The notes under the pieces were generated by a model. The model searched no databases. It was not told the DNA's origin and saw only the letters and a list, made by a program, of their open reading frames with translations. DNA of 64,000 bases from Pirellulales bacterium (GTDB lineage: Bacteria > Planctomycetota > Planctomycetia > Pirellulales > PALSA-1355). Position 1 is the first letter of the stretch, and the number at the start of each line of letters is the position of its first letter. The DNA lies in NCBI GenBank assembly GCA_963733035.1, contig CAVTBU010000005.1, positions 416,001-480,000 on the forward strand. Direction: 5' to 3'. Below, piece by piece: positions 51,487-61,985 of the stretch. Position numbers and translations under genes: made by a program.

Positions 51487-53976
51487 TCACCTGGTAACGA
51501 TTTCCACTCCCTTGTCGCGACACCAGCGGTGCCACATTTGGCGGTACACCGCTTCCAGGTTGCGAGTGAAACCGTCGGCATCCGTCAGAACTGACTCGGA
51601 GAACGTCTGGCGTAAAGTTTGTCTGAGCGATGCCAGCCGCTTGAGGTCGCCCGCAAGTCTCGCGGCGATGTCAATGTACTCGTCGACGGACTTTCCGATG
51701 AGATCTTCCAGCCCGACGTGCGCGAGCGCAGTGCCGCCGTATCGGCTGATGTAGACGCGACCTTCGAGCATCACAATCGGCACGCCCATCCAAATCGCAT
51801 CGCACGTCGTTGTGTGGCCGTTGGCCGGAAAGGGGTCCAAGGCAATGTCCGTCCGTTCGATAAGCCGCAAGTAATCCTCTCGAGGACGGCGATTCACGAG
51901 TTCGATGCGGTCGGCCGAAATTCCCTTGCGCTCGGCAAGCGCGTGCCAGTGACGTTCGAGATAACCAGGCGAATACGCCAGCACGATGATCCTCGACCGC
52001 GGGACACGTGAGAGGATCTCCAACCAGGCGTCAACCACCCTGGGCGTCACCTTGGCATAGTTGTTGAAGGAACCAAACGTCACCCAGCCATTTGCAATCG
52101 CCGGAGACGGTGAGACGTCAGGAGCCGGCGCTGGCTGGTAGCAAAAATACGACCGTGGCAGGCGAACCAGTTGCTCCGTATAGAACTGGTCTGTCTCGCC
52201 GGGTGGATCGGCTCGCTCGTCGGTCAGGCGGTAGTCCATCGCCGACATGCCGGTCGTATTTTGATAGCCGATGTACGTGACTTGAATCGGCGCGGGCTTG
52301 CGGGCGAATGTGAGCAGCCGATTCACACCCATGTGGCCCGACAAATCAACCAGGATGTCAATCCGATCGTCACGGACCAGCTGGGCAACTGCTTCGTCGC
52401 TCTCGCGGCACACGTCGCGCCAATGATCGACTGACGCCTCAAGCCGTGCCGTCACGTCATCCGGTTGGGCGACCGAACTGTAACAATAGATTTCGAATTG
52501 TTCGTGGTCGTGTGCCAGCAGAATCGGCTCGGTAAAAAAGTTGACCGCGTGTTGACGGAAGTGCGGCGAGACGTAACCGACACGCAGCCGCCGATCCGGC
52601 GTCGGATCATTGTCGTGCGGTGCGGCTTGGGCCGTCAGCGGCTCGGCAAAACGGCGCGCCCACTGGAGGTGCTGTTCGAAAAGCTCTTGCGGATCGACGT
52701 CGGGCTCGAAGTTCAAAACATAGAGCACGTCGCTATGCGGTCGCGCGTCTTGCGGAACCAGCTCGCACCACCGACGGTAACTGTCGATCGCTTCGCGGCC
52801 GCGCCCTTGCGAATGGAATGAGAGCGCCATCGCATAGTACAGCATCGGGCTGACTGCACCCGCAGCGACACCTTCTTGACAATAGCGAAGCACCTCGTCC
52901 GGCTGACCATTGAGGTTGAAGATCTCCGCAAGTCGGGCGTACGCGTCGGGATAGTTCGGTTGAAAACGCAAAGCCTCATGAAGTGCCACGACCGCTTCCC
53001 GCGTGCGGTCCAATTTTTGCAGCGCGACGGCCCGCTGATAGTGGGCCACCGCGGCGTCAGGCCGAACTCGCAGCGCGCGCTCGAGGTAAGATAGCGACTC
53101 GGCGAAGCAACCATACTCTTGCAGCAGACTCCCGCAGTTAAGTAACGTCTCGACGTGATTTGGTTGCAATTCGAGTAGCCTGTGATACTCGGCCGACGCC
53201 CCCTCAATGTCGTCCTGGACCCTCAAGATGTTTGCAAGATTCGAGCGTGCTTCGACAAATTGGGGGGCCAACCGCACTGCCTCGCGAAAGCATGCCGCGG
53301 CGCGGTCCCAATTCTCCGCTGCTCGGTACGCAACTCCCATGGAAAAATGCACCAGCGCGGAATGCGGTGCCTGCTCCACGGCCTCTGTCAAGAGAGCGAT
53401 TGCATCGTCCACGCGTCCGAGTTCGACTAGTAGCGTGCTCAGACTGCAAGCCGCGTCGATCAAACCCGGCTGCAACTCCACGGCTCGGCGATAGGCGGCC
53501 AGCGCGTCATTGGGTCGCCGCAGCTGCCGCAGAACATTTCCCAGCGCGTGATGCGCCTGGGCGTGCAGCGGTGCCAGCTTGATCGCCCGTTCAAGATGCC
53601 CTGCCGCGACGGAAGGTTCCGATTGACTGCAGGCCAGCCCTAGGTTGTAGTGGGCGGCCGCAAAATTAGGAGCCATCGACACAGCCTGCTGAAAGCTGGC
53701 TCGAGCCTCGGTCAGCCGGCCCAGCGCACGATAGGCTTCCCCGAGATTGCAGTGAAACACCGGATTGGCAGGCCGTGCGTCAATTGCCTGCCGAATGATA
53801 TGGATCGCCTCCTCATGCCTTCCGCGCTGGTGGGCAATCAAACCCAACAGATGTAGCGCATCGGGATGCCCTGGTTGTTCGACCAGAACCTGGCGATACA
53901 GGGCCTCGGCCTCCGCCAGGTTTCCTCCCTGGTGCAAGCGCATCGCGGTTGCAATTGACTCGTCCGGAATTGACAT
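51487..53976 (-). CDS. TPR-containing O-GlcNAc transferase/SPINDLY-like glycosyltransferase (GT41)
   Basis: About 11 TPRs; RLRVGYVSPHFRQH, DILVDLSGH, APIQV, FGSFNN, DIALDPFP.NGHTTT. Confidence 0.93.
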   Translation of the reverse strand: MSIPDESIATAMRLHQGGNLAEAEALYRQVLVEQPGHPDALHLLGLIAHQRGRHEEAIHIIRQAIDARPANPVFHCNLGEAYRALGRLTEARASFQQAVSMAPNFAAAHYNLGLACSQSEPSVAAGHLERAIKLAPLHAQAHHALGNVLRQLRRPNDALAAYRRAVELQPGLIDAACSLSTLLVELGRVDDAIALLTEAVEQAPHSALVHFSMGVAYRAAENWDRAAACFREAVRLAPQFVEARSNLANILRVQDDIEGASAEYHRLLELQPNHVETLLNCGSLLQEYGCFAESLSYLERALRVRPDAAVAHYQRAVALQKLDRTREAVVALHEALRFQPNYPDAYARLAEIFNLNGQPDEVLRYCQEGVAAGAVSPMLYYAMALSFHSQGRGREAIDSYRRWCELVPQDARPHSDVLYVLNFEPDVDPQELFEQHLQWARRFAEPLTAQAAPHDNDPTPDRRLRVGYVSPHFRQHAVNFFTEPILLAHDHEQFEIYCYSSVAQPDDVTARLEASVDHWRDVCRESDEAVAQLVRDDRIDILVDLSGHMGVNRLLTFARKPAPIQVTYIGYQNTTGMSAMDYRLTDERADPPGETDQFYTEQLVRLPRSYFCYQPAPAPDVSPSPAIANGWVTFGSFNNYAKVTPRVVDAWLEILSRVPRSRIIVLAYSPGYLERHWHALAERKGISADRIELVNRRPREDYLRLIERTDIALDPFPANGHTTTCDAIWMGVPIVMLEGRVYISRYGGTALAHVGLEDLIGKSVDEYIDIAARLAGDLKRLASLRQTLRQTFSESVLTDADGFTRNLEAVYRQMWHRWCRDKGVEIVTR

Positions 53977-54130
53977 TTGCGCTCCGCCGCTGGAACTTCC
54001 CACTTCTCTCAACGCCGCGGCGTTGCCTCGCGCACCCCGCTATTTCGAGTGTCGCACATCGCCACACGGAAGCAAGTGCCGTACCCGGCCTCTTGGCCGG
54101 TGTCGACCGCTGCAATGGCGATCGGGGCCG

Positions 54131-54170
54131 TTGACAGGCGGCGCGACATATACTATGCTACACATAGTAT
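54131..54170 (+). promoter_or_regulatory. sigma70 promoter with overlapping palindromic operator (probable PadR site)
   Basis: TTGACA-N17-TATGCT; perfect ATACTATG-N5-CATAGTAT at 54150-54170. Confidence 0.75.
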
Positions 54171-54202
54171 GCGAGCCGTACTTGCCCTTGGAGGAGGTGG
54201 AC

Positions 54203-54559
54203 GTGCGAATCGAACGTGAACTAATGCGCGGCGCGGGTCCCGTCGCGGTCCTCAAGCTACTTGAGGCCGGGCCCAAGTATGGATACGAATTGGTCGAGAT
54301 GTTGGCCAGATCCTCCGACGGCGTGCTGGCCATGGGCCAATCGACTCTCTATCCGTTGCTCTACAATCTCGAAGCACAGGGGCATGTGCGCGCTGAATGG
54401 CGCGACGACGACGGCAGTACCCGGCCACGGAAATATTACGCCCTCACTCCGAAGGGGCGAAGACGACTCGCGCATGACGTGCGGCAATGGCAGTCGGTCG
54501 AAAAAGCCATGCGTGGCTTGGGCATTTTGAAGCCAATGCTCGGTGGTGCGGCCAGCTAA
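54203..54559 (+). CDS. PadR family transcriptional regulator
   Basis: GGAGGAGG RBS; KYGYEL, TLYPLLYNLE, RPRKYYALTPKGR. Confidence 0.93.
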   Translation: MRIERELMRGAGPVAVLKLLEAGPKYGYELVEMLARSSDGVLAMGQSTLYPLLYNLEAQGHVRAEWRDDDGSTRPRKYYALTPKGRRRLAHDVRQWQSVEKAMRGLGILKPMLGGAAS

Positions 54560-54590
54560 AACGAGTCTCCTCCATAAGGGCACCTCGACC

Positions 54591-56459
54591 ATGGAACGCT
54601 CCTACGAGTTTGATCCGTCTCCGTCGGGTTGGCTGGTTCGCGCTTACCATACACCGCTGACCGACATTGTCAGGGCGCGCATGACCGGCCGATACGATGT
54701 CCGGGCGGAGATTGCCCGTGCGGACCTTCCGGCGGCCGTCGGCGGCGTAATACTCGCCGTGGTGCGGAAAACAAAGCTCTGGCGCGGCGAAAAACTGGAC
54801 GTTGCCCGGGAACTCGTCGCGCATTTTGCCGACGGACTCGCAGCGGGTCGAGGGGTGGACCAGCTGATCGCCGACTTCGGCAGCGTGGAACAGTCGGCTC
54901 GCTTGATCCGAAAAGCGAAGCGACGTCAGCGTCCACTCACTTGGCAAATAAGGTGGTTTGTATCGCGTTTGCTCTGGGCCTTGTTTGTCTTCGCGGCGAT
55001 GGTTTACGGTGTGCTGGCGCTGCGACTCTGGCTCGCAACGCCATCCATCGAGCACAACTTTTGGCACGAAATCAATCAGGCACGCAAAGTCGCTAGCGAC
55101 GAGGCCGCATGGCCTCTGTATCGCGCGGCCGGCCTCCAACTCTCGCAAGCAGAAAACGACACGCTAGCGGAGGGATATGCGCACGGACCGGCCGACTCCG
55201 ATTGGCCAGAATTGATGGCAATTCTAGAGCACCACGGAAATGCAGTCCAAAAAGTCCGCGAGGCGGCAAATCGAAAACACTTTGGGTATCTGATTGGAAA
55301 CCCAAGTGATGTAGCCGCGGCGCAAGCGGCCAACGCCGAGTGGGCCATCGATTCGCAGAGCCCCGCGGCCAACGAGAATCAGCTGCTTATTAACGCCAAC
55401 CTGGGGGGCATGAATGTGATCCGTTCGCTGGCACGTCTAACGGCGTTGGACGCGCGACGTGCGGCCGAAATCGGTGACAGTCAAACGGTCGTCTCGGACT
55501 TGAACGCACTGCTGGCCATGTCGGAGCTGGTATTTCAGCCAAAATCCTTCCTTGTCGAGCAACTTGTTGGCCTGGCGGTTTTTAACATGACCGTCGAAAC
55601 GCTGGGCCGCGTTCTCGCGGAACACCCCGCACTTTTGTCTGAATCGCAGCTGCGAGACCTGGCTCACTCGCTTGCCAGCTATCGCAATGGCAATCTGCGA
55701 CTGGATCTCACAGCGGAACGACTGGCTTTTGACGATGTCGTCCAGCGGATGTACACCGATGACGGAAAGGGCGACGGTCGCATGACCAGTACGGGGCTAG
55801 ATCTCTTGTCCAAGCTCTCCGACCCGCACGAAGTTGCTTCCCAACCAATCGCGGCCCCCGGAATTGCGGCTCTCATTGCCAGCCGTGCCGAAGCGCGACG
55901 GTTCTTTACGGAACTACTCGATCAATCGATTGCCGTGCGGCAGGAACCACCCTGGCAATGGGACCCTAACGCAATTTCGGCCGCCAATGCACGCTATCAA
56001 ATTGGCGAACGTAGCCCCCTGGCCAGGCTGCAGCATATGTTGACGTTCATCGTCGCACCGGCAGTCGGCGCCGCGACTAGCGCCGGCGAGAAGTCCGTCA
56101 TGCTGCGCAACGGCGCCGAGACCGCCATCGCCCTGGTGCTGTACCATCGTCGACACGGTGCGTGGCCTGAGCGTCTGGATCAACTTGTTCCTGATTTGTT
56201 GCCGGCGGTTCCAATCGATCGCTACACCGGCGATCCGCTTCACTACAAAGTTCGCGACGGCAAACCGCTGCTCTACAGCGTCGGTCAAGATCGAGACGAT
56301 GATGCCGGTCAACCCGCATCGCCGCCAGAGTACGCGATGGGCGGATTCGATCCGCTGCCTCAAGGTAGTTCCGAGTCTTCCACCTCGGATCCCGCGCACG
56401 ACGGCGACTGGATTCTCTGGCCACCCATAACGCCTAACGACGCGCCCGGTGGCGCCTGA
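54591..56459 (+). CDS. PadR-associated membrane protein (HAAS-like N-terminus, pseudopilin G-like C-terminal motif)
   Basis: ELVAHFADG...IADFG, one TM helix, helical domain, WPERLDQLVP..P.DRYTG..LLYSVGQD. Confidence 0.65.
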   Translation: MERSYEFDPSPSGWLVRAYHTPLTDIVRARMTGRYDVRAEIARADLPAAVGGVILAVVRKTKLWRGEKLDVARELVAHFADGLAAGRGVDQLIADFGSVEQSARLIRKAKRRQRPLTWQIRWFVSRLLWALFVFAAMVYGVLALRLWLATPSIEHNFWHEINQARKVASDEAAWPLYRAAGLQLSQAENDTLAEGYAHGPADSDWPELMAILEHHGNAVQKVREAANRKHFGYLIGNPSDVAAAQAANAEWAIDSQSPAANENQLLINANLGGMNVIRSLARLTALDARRAAEIGDSQTVVSDLNALLAMSELVFQPKSFLVEQLVGLAVFNMTVETLGRVLAEHPALLSESQLRDLAHSLASYRNGNLRLDLTAERLAFDDVVQRMYTDDGKGDGRMTSTGLDLLSKLSDPHEVASQPIAAPGIAALIASRAEARRFFTELLDQSIAVRQEPPWQWDPNAISAANARYQIGERSPLARLQHMLTFIVAPAVGAATSAGEKSVMLRNGAETAIALVLYHRRHGAWPERLDQLVPDLLPAVPIDRYTGDPLHYKVRDGKPLLYSVGQDRDDDAGQPASPPEYAMGGFDPLPQGSSESSTSDPAHDGDWILWPPITPNDAPGGA

Positions 56460-56622
56460 TGCGACGGTTTTTCGGCCGACCCGGCGTTCGATAACCGGCC
56501 GGATGCCCGTTCTATGGAACGTGACGAAGCTGCGGGGCAAGGGTATTTTTGCCACCCCCTAACATGTGCTACGGTTCCGTTAGGGCAGCTCACGCGGTTT
56601 CGTATTTTCAAGTGGTTTTGCC

Positions 56623-57774
56623 GTGCCGGTCAAGATCGTGCCCCTATTCCGCGCGCTCGAGCGCGGACTCCTGACAAAAGCCCCGCAGGGGGACCCGGAC
56701 CAAGTTGCTCAGGCTACACGCGTATTGGCGTTCAGCCTGGCGATGATGGTTTGGGTGCCCGTGTTTGCCGTGATCTACACCGCGATTGATGCACCCCTTT
56801 GTTCGAACGTCATTCTCTCGGGCGGTGCGATCCTAATGGGCATTATGATGCTCCTGCGCCGCGGTGTTCCGCCCGATACGTGCGGTAACCTGTTAACCGG
56901 CGCGGCCTGGTACGTCTACACGGCACTCGCAGTGCTGACCGGAGGAATCTGGGCCCCGGTGATGATCTGGTTCGCCACGCTGCCGATCCTGTCGGTGCTA
57001 CTGGCGAGTCTGCGGTCCGGAGCATTCTGGACATTCGTCAGCGCCGTAACGGTCTGCTGGTTTGCCTATGCCGAAAGCGCGGGCTTGAGATTGCCTACGG
57101 AGTTGCGCCGGGCTCCGTCTTCATCGTCCAGGTCAGCGGATTGTTGGGGCTATTGAGTTGCGTCTTTTTGCTCGTCAGCGTTCTGAAGAAAATGGAATTC
57201 GGCGCTCGCCGCGAGCTGCGCGATGCGAACTCCATGTTGGCATTGCAGGCTGCCACGGACGGGCTAACCGGCATTCCCAATCGACACCGCTTCGACGTGG
57301 CGCTGTCCCAGGAATGGCCTCGGCATCAGCGCACCCAGATGCCGCTATCGCTGGCCCTGATTGACGCCGACTTCTTCAAGGCGTTCAACGACGAATACGG
57401 ACACTTGGCAGGCGACGAATGCCTGCGAACGGTGGCGCACGATCCGAGACAGCATTCGCCGGCCGAACGACTTTTGCGCACGGTTTGGTGGTGAGGAGTT
57501 CGCGGTAATCCTGCCCAACACCGACGAGACTGGTGCCATGTTCGTTGCCAGAACGATCCAAGAACAGGTACGTGCCATGGGAATTCCGCACACGCGTTCG
57601 AGCGTGCGCGAAATCGTGACGGTCAGCATTGGCATCGCGACCACGATCCCCGCGACACACAGTTCGCGACACGAATTCCTGCACGACGTCGATATGGCCC
57701 TCTACCGCGCCAAGGAAAACGGGCGCGACCGGATCGTGCAGGTGGCGTGCGAGCTGACTTTGCCGATATTTTAA
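56623..57774 (+). CDS. Membrane diguanylate cyclase (two frameshifts at ~57109 and ~57438, probably sequencing errors)
   Basis: TM region, then TDGLTGIPNR, DADFFKAFNDEYGH, RPND (RxxD) and GGEEF, ALYRAKENGR, split over three frames. Confidence 0.88.
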
Positions 57775-57834
57775 ATCCGTGTTCGGAGTCGCAGGCAAAA
57801 ATCGCCACGCTGGGCCGCGGACAAGTCTCTACAG

Positions 57835-58812
57835 CTACCGTGATAATCTCGAAGCGTTGCGCGCGTAGGGCCCGGAATAGTACAGGGCGGCGTCGTCAAT
57901 AATCCAGGGGGTCGACCAGTGCCCGTCGTCGCCGCTGCACACATTGAAGAAGAACGTGTCGAGGTGCTCGGCGCGAAAACTATACGGATATTGCGACGTG
58001 ATACGGTCGCTTGAGGTCAGGTCTTCGACTCCCGGCCGGGCAAAGTAGTGGACGGCACCGTCGGGTGTGAATGACATGCCGAGTGTCCACCAGCCGACCT
58101 GTTCTATCTTGGGACCAGTGAAGTCGTGTCCCGTGGAACCACCACGGATGACCATCACCGCCGAGTCGGGACGCTTTTCGCCGTCCCCCTTTCGGAAATT
58201 GATGAACATGCCAGGCCAGTAAGTTTCCAACACCGTCTTCGTGGTGCTGCCACCGAAGAGGCCTTTTCGCTTCTCGGTCTTTTTGTGATGCGTGAGACAG
58301 GCAGCACGAAAACCGAAGCTTGGTCCGGTCCGTTGCTCCCACTCTTCCCAAGGCGGCAGATATACGCGTACAACGACGCTGGGCGAGCGCGACACCGGAA
58401 TTGCACCTCGCAGGCGGGCGCTGGTGTTCACGATGAAGTCGTCCTGCTCCATCTTGAAGCTGTAGCGGCCCGGAACGCCCGTCTGTCGGCTGACCATCAG
58501 CAGCGCGCCTTCGCTGCCGGGCAGCCCGTCGTCCGGCGTTGGCACGCGTTTGACGACGTCGGGATGACCTCGCATTACGCCTTCAAACCAGCGACCGTTT
58601 TGCGAACGTCCCGAGGGAAAACGCTTTTGCTTGTCGTTTTCGTCGCTGCTCTTGGGATTGTTGTAAATGTAAGTCCACTCGGGGTCCTCAAAGTCGTCTC
58701 CCACCGCGGTAACCCGCTGTCCAGTGCCCGGCACTGGAACTTGTGCCAAGGCTACGCTGGGAAGGAAACTTGCAGCTGCAATCGCAAGTAGGTGATAACG
58801 CCAAGACTCCAT
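57835..58812 (-). CDS. Hypothetical secreted protein (planctomycete-type)
   Basis: Signal peptide; VGDDFED, YWPGMFI, GWWTLGMSFTPDG. Confidence 0.75.
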   Translation of the reverse strand: MESWRYHLLAIAAASFLPSVALAQVPVPGTGQRVTAVGDDFEDPEWTYIYNNPKSSDENDKQKRFPSGRSQNGRWFEGVMRGHPDVVKRVPTPDDGLPGSEGALLMVSRQTGVPGRYSFKMEQDDFIVNTSARLRGAIPVSRSPSVVVRVYLPPWEEWEQRTGPSFGFRAACLTHHKKTEKRKGLFGGSTTKTVLETYWPGMFINFRKGDGEKRPDSAVMVIRGGSTGHDFTGPKIEQVGWWTLGMSFTPDGAVHYFARPGVEDLTSSDRITSQYPYSFRAEHLDTFFFNVCSGDDGHWSTPWIIDDAALYYSGPYARNASRLSR

Positions 58813-59120
58813 TCTTGCGTCCTTATTCTGTCTCAGGCGGGAACGTGCGCATTAAAGCGGCGGGGGGGAAGGAAGACGTCGCATCTGGCGGGCCTTTTCG
58901 TATGTATCGGACCGCAACCACGACACCTCGAATCCTTTTGCCCGCCATAATGACAGGCGAGAGAAGCTAGCACGACTGTCACCGTGACAGCATCGCGGCG
59001 ATACAATTCACCGCTCTTTCGCTAGCGTACCCAGACCGCATCGGCCGATAGATTTTCGTGACACTTCGTATTGATCCCGCCAGGGTCAGATGCCTCGCAA
59101 ACTCGGTCCGGGAGCCGCGC

Positions 59121-60123
59121 ATGGCCGCACAGCGAGTGACGATCGCGGTGGTGCCTCGCGAGCGTTTCAGCCTCGCGCGACAGTCGCTAATCAGCATCCT
59201 CGAAGACAGCAATCCGTCGACGGAGTTGATCTACATTGACGGCGGATCTCCCCCCCTCGTGCGACAGTTTCTCGAACAACGCGCCGCCCGAAATGGCTTT
59301 CGGCTGATTAGCACCGAACGGTACGTGAGCCCCAATGAGGCCCGCAATCTGGCGGCCGCGCACGTCCGTACGCGTTACGTGGCATTTATTGACAACGACG
59401 TACTGGTATCTCCAGGTTGGCTTGATGCCTTGGTGGACTGCGCGGACAATCAGTGGCGCCTGGGCCGTCGGACCCGTTTGCTGTGAAGGTGAACCTCTCG
59501 GCACGAGGATCGCCACAGCCGGCGGCTCGGCCGACATGGTTGGTGATCCTCCACGACGGGCTTTTCGCGAACAAGACCGCCACCGCGGCCAATTGCTGGC
59601 CTCTCTGGCGCCGACGCTCCGCCGGGAAGCCGTTGGCCGTGTCAGTTTTCAAGCCGTGCTTGTGCGGATGTCCGCCTTCGAACGGCTTGGGCCGCTCGAT
59701 GAGCAATTGCTGAGCGGCGCGCAGCACACCGACTTCTGTCTCCAAACCCGCAAGTCTGGGCAGTCCATCTATTTGGAACCGCGCGCGGTAGTGACCCACT
59801 TGGCACCGCCGCCATTCGAACCCTCCGACCTGGAATACTTTCAACTGCGGTGGAGCGATCTCTGGAATCGGGCAACGGTTGAGCACTTCCGGCGCAAATG
59901 GGAGTTGCCCGCCAACGACCCGGGACTCGAAGCGCTAGCGGACCGGCTCGACGCTCACCGCCGCCTGACGCTCGAGCCGTACCGCCGTTTGCTGCGATTG
60001 TTCGGCAACAAATCCGCACGCTGGCTCGAACGAAATCTGATTGCCCCGTTCGAACAGGCAGCCAACCGGCGTCGCGTGCCGGCAATGTGCCCGGCAGAAG
60101 GAGCCGTTCGTAGAGCGGCGTAG
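59121..60123 (+). CDS. Glycosyltransferase family 2 (frameshift at ~59445, probably a sequencing error)
   Basis: VVPRERFS, IDGGSP, PNEARN, FIDND; continues GAWAVGP...GPLDEQL...RWSD in ORF 59335..60123. Confidence 0.85.
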
Positions 60124-60272
60124 AAAAACGATCTCTCGCCCGGCGAACTGCGTTTTTCTGGCAGCTGCCCGCAATCCATTCCAAAGATTTGTGGTCCGCC
60201 AGCGAATCCCTCCTGACGCATGTTAAAATCAGCGTCACTCGCAGCTTGCTCCCGTGCCGGAGGTCCGTCGAA

Positions 60273-61985
60273 ATGCCCAGGTTCCTTGCATTCGGGTTGA
60301 TCTTGCTGATGTCCAACGTGGCCCTCGCCGCGTCGCCCTCCAAACAACCCGCGGGGCTGGCTGACTTGCCACTGCTGCTACGGCGGGCAGATACGAACTT
60401 TCTGACACGGAATTGGAATCGAGCCGCCAGCGAATATCAGAGGATCGTTCAGCTCAACCCAACGAACGGTTTGTATTGGCATCGGCTCGGCGAAGCATTG
60501 CTTAACGCCAAACGCTACAATGCGGCGATTGCCCCACTCGAACAATCGTGTGCACTCGGCGGATTTCAGCCATCACCGCCGCGCTGGGTGCATCGGGGCG
60601 AGGCCGCGTACTTGCTTGCGTCCGCGTATGCCGGACTCGAGAACCACGACAAAGCGATCGAGTGGACTCACAAGTCACTTTCGCAGGGGCTGCGCAACAT
60701 CCGCAAGTTTCACATCAGCCGCTTTGATGAACTACTCAAGGATCCGCAATTTCAGGAGCTGGTGTGCGCGGGCGTCGACGACGTCGACGAGTTGTCGCGC
60801 GACGAGCGGTTTCGTCGTGACTTACACTTCGCCATACACGAACTGAAACGCGTCCATTTCTCACCGTTCAGAGCCACGCCGGAGCAAGAGATCGATCGGG
60901 CGGCGGCCGAGCTCGACAGGGACATTCCTAAACTTTCGGACGATGAAATCTATGTACGAATGATGGGAATCATCCGCCTGTTTGGCGACGCCCACACGCG
61001 GATGCTACGCGAGACACCGTTGCTGCCAGTCGAATTCTTCGTCTACCCCGAGGGGCTCTATATTCTGGGTGCGACGTCCGAAAATGCCGATCTGGTGGGA
61101 GCGAGGGTCTTATCCATCGGGAACCAATCGGCAGAAGACCTGCTCACGCGTGTGATGGCCATTGTGCCGGTGGAAAACCCCATGACCGAAAAATGGCAGG
61201 CCGACGGGGCATTGCGGTCCCTCACCGTCCTCCGGGGACTGGGGGTGACGCCCCCCGATGGTCCAACGGCTGTCGAAGTGGAAGACGCCGCCGGCGAAAG
61301 GCGCACCGTGCACCTGTCGCCACGGGACGAAGGTCCGCGTCGCGCGCGAATGCAATTTACGGTACCCGGATGCACCAAGCCGGTGCCCAATTGCTTCCGG
61401 AATCGCAGTCAAATGATGTGGCACGAGTTGCTGCCCGCTGGCAAAACGATGTACTGTCAGTTAAACGGCATCGGCCATGGAACCAAGACATTCAAGAATT
61501 ACTTTGAGGCGCTATTCACCGAAGTCGAAGAACCTGGAGTCGAACGGCTCGTGCTTGATCTGCGCTGGAACAATGGAGGGAACACGTTTCTCAATCCGCC
61601 GCTGATCGAGGGGATTCTGCGCTCGAACAAATTTCGGCGGCCAGGCAATCTATTCGTCATCATCGGTCGCGATACATTCTCGGCGGCGCTAAACACCACC
61701 GACGAACTTGAACGCCGCACGACGGCCATCCTGGTCGGAGAACCGACTTCCTCGCCCCCCAACTTCGTCGGCGAAAGTGTCCAGGTCGTGCTGCCGGCAA
61801 GTCGCTGGCCGATCAGCATTTCCGACCTGTCCTGGCAGACGTCATTTCCGATGGACTATCGGGTTTGGATGACACCGCTGCTCTATGCGCCACCCACCGC
61901 GGCGGCGCAGCGCGCTCACCGCGATCCGGCGATGGAGGCAATCGAGGCATACGTGCGAGCCAATCCGGTGAAGTCCGCCGGCTAG
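60273..61985 (+). CDS. TPR + S41-like peptidase domain protein
   Basis: Signal peptide, TPRs, GDAHT, LDLRWNNGGN, TFSAA, VGEPT. Confidence 0.75.
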   Translation: MPRFLAFGLILLMSNVALAASPSKQPAGLADLPLLLRRADTNFLTRNWNRAASEYQRIVQLNPTNGLYWHRLGEALLNAKRYNAAIAPLEQSCALGGFQPSPPRWVHRGEAAYLLASAYAGLENHDKAIEWTHKSLSQGLRNIRKFHISRFDELLKDPQFQELVCAGVDDVDELSRDERFRRDLHFAIHELKRVHFSPFRATPEQEIDRAAAELDRDIPKLSDDEIYVRMMGIIRLFGDAHTRMLRETPLLPVEFFVYPEGLYILGATSENADLVGARVLSIGNQSAEDLLTRVMAIVPVENPMTEKWQADGALRSLTVLRGLGVTPPDGPTAVEVEDAAGERRTVHLSPRDEGPRRARMQFTVPGCTKPVPNCFRNRSQMMWHELLPAGKTMYCQLNGIGHGTKTFKNYFEALFTEVEEPGVERLVLDLRWNNGGNTFLNPPLIEGILRSNKFRRPGNLFVIIGRDTFSAALNTTDELERRTTAILVGEPTSSPPNFVGESVQVVLPASRWPISISDLSWQTSFPMDYRVWMTPLLYAPPTAAAQRAHRDPAMEAIEAYVRANPVKSAG

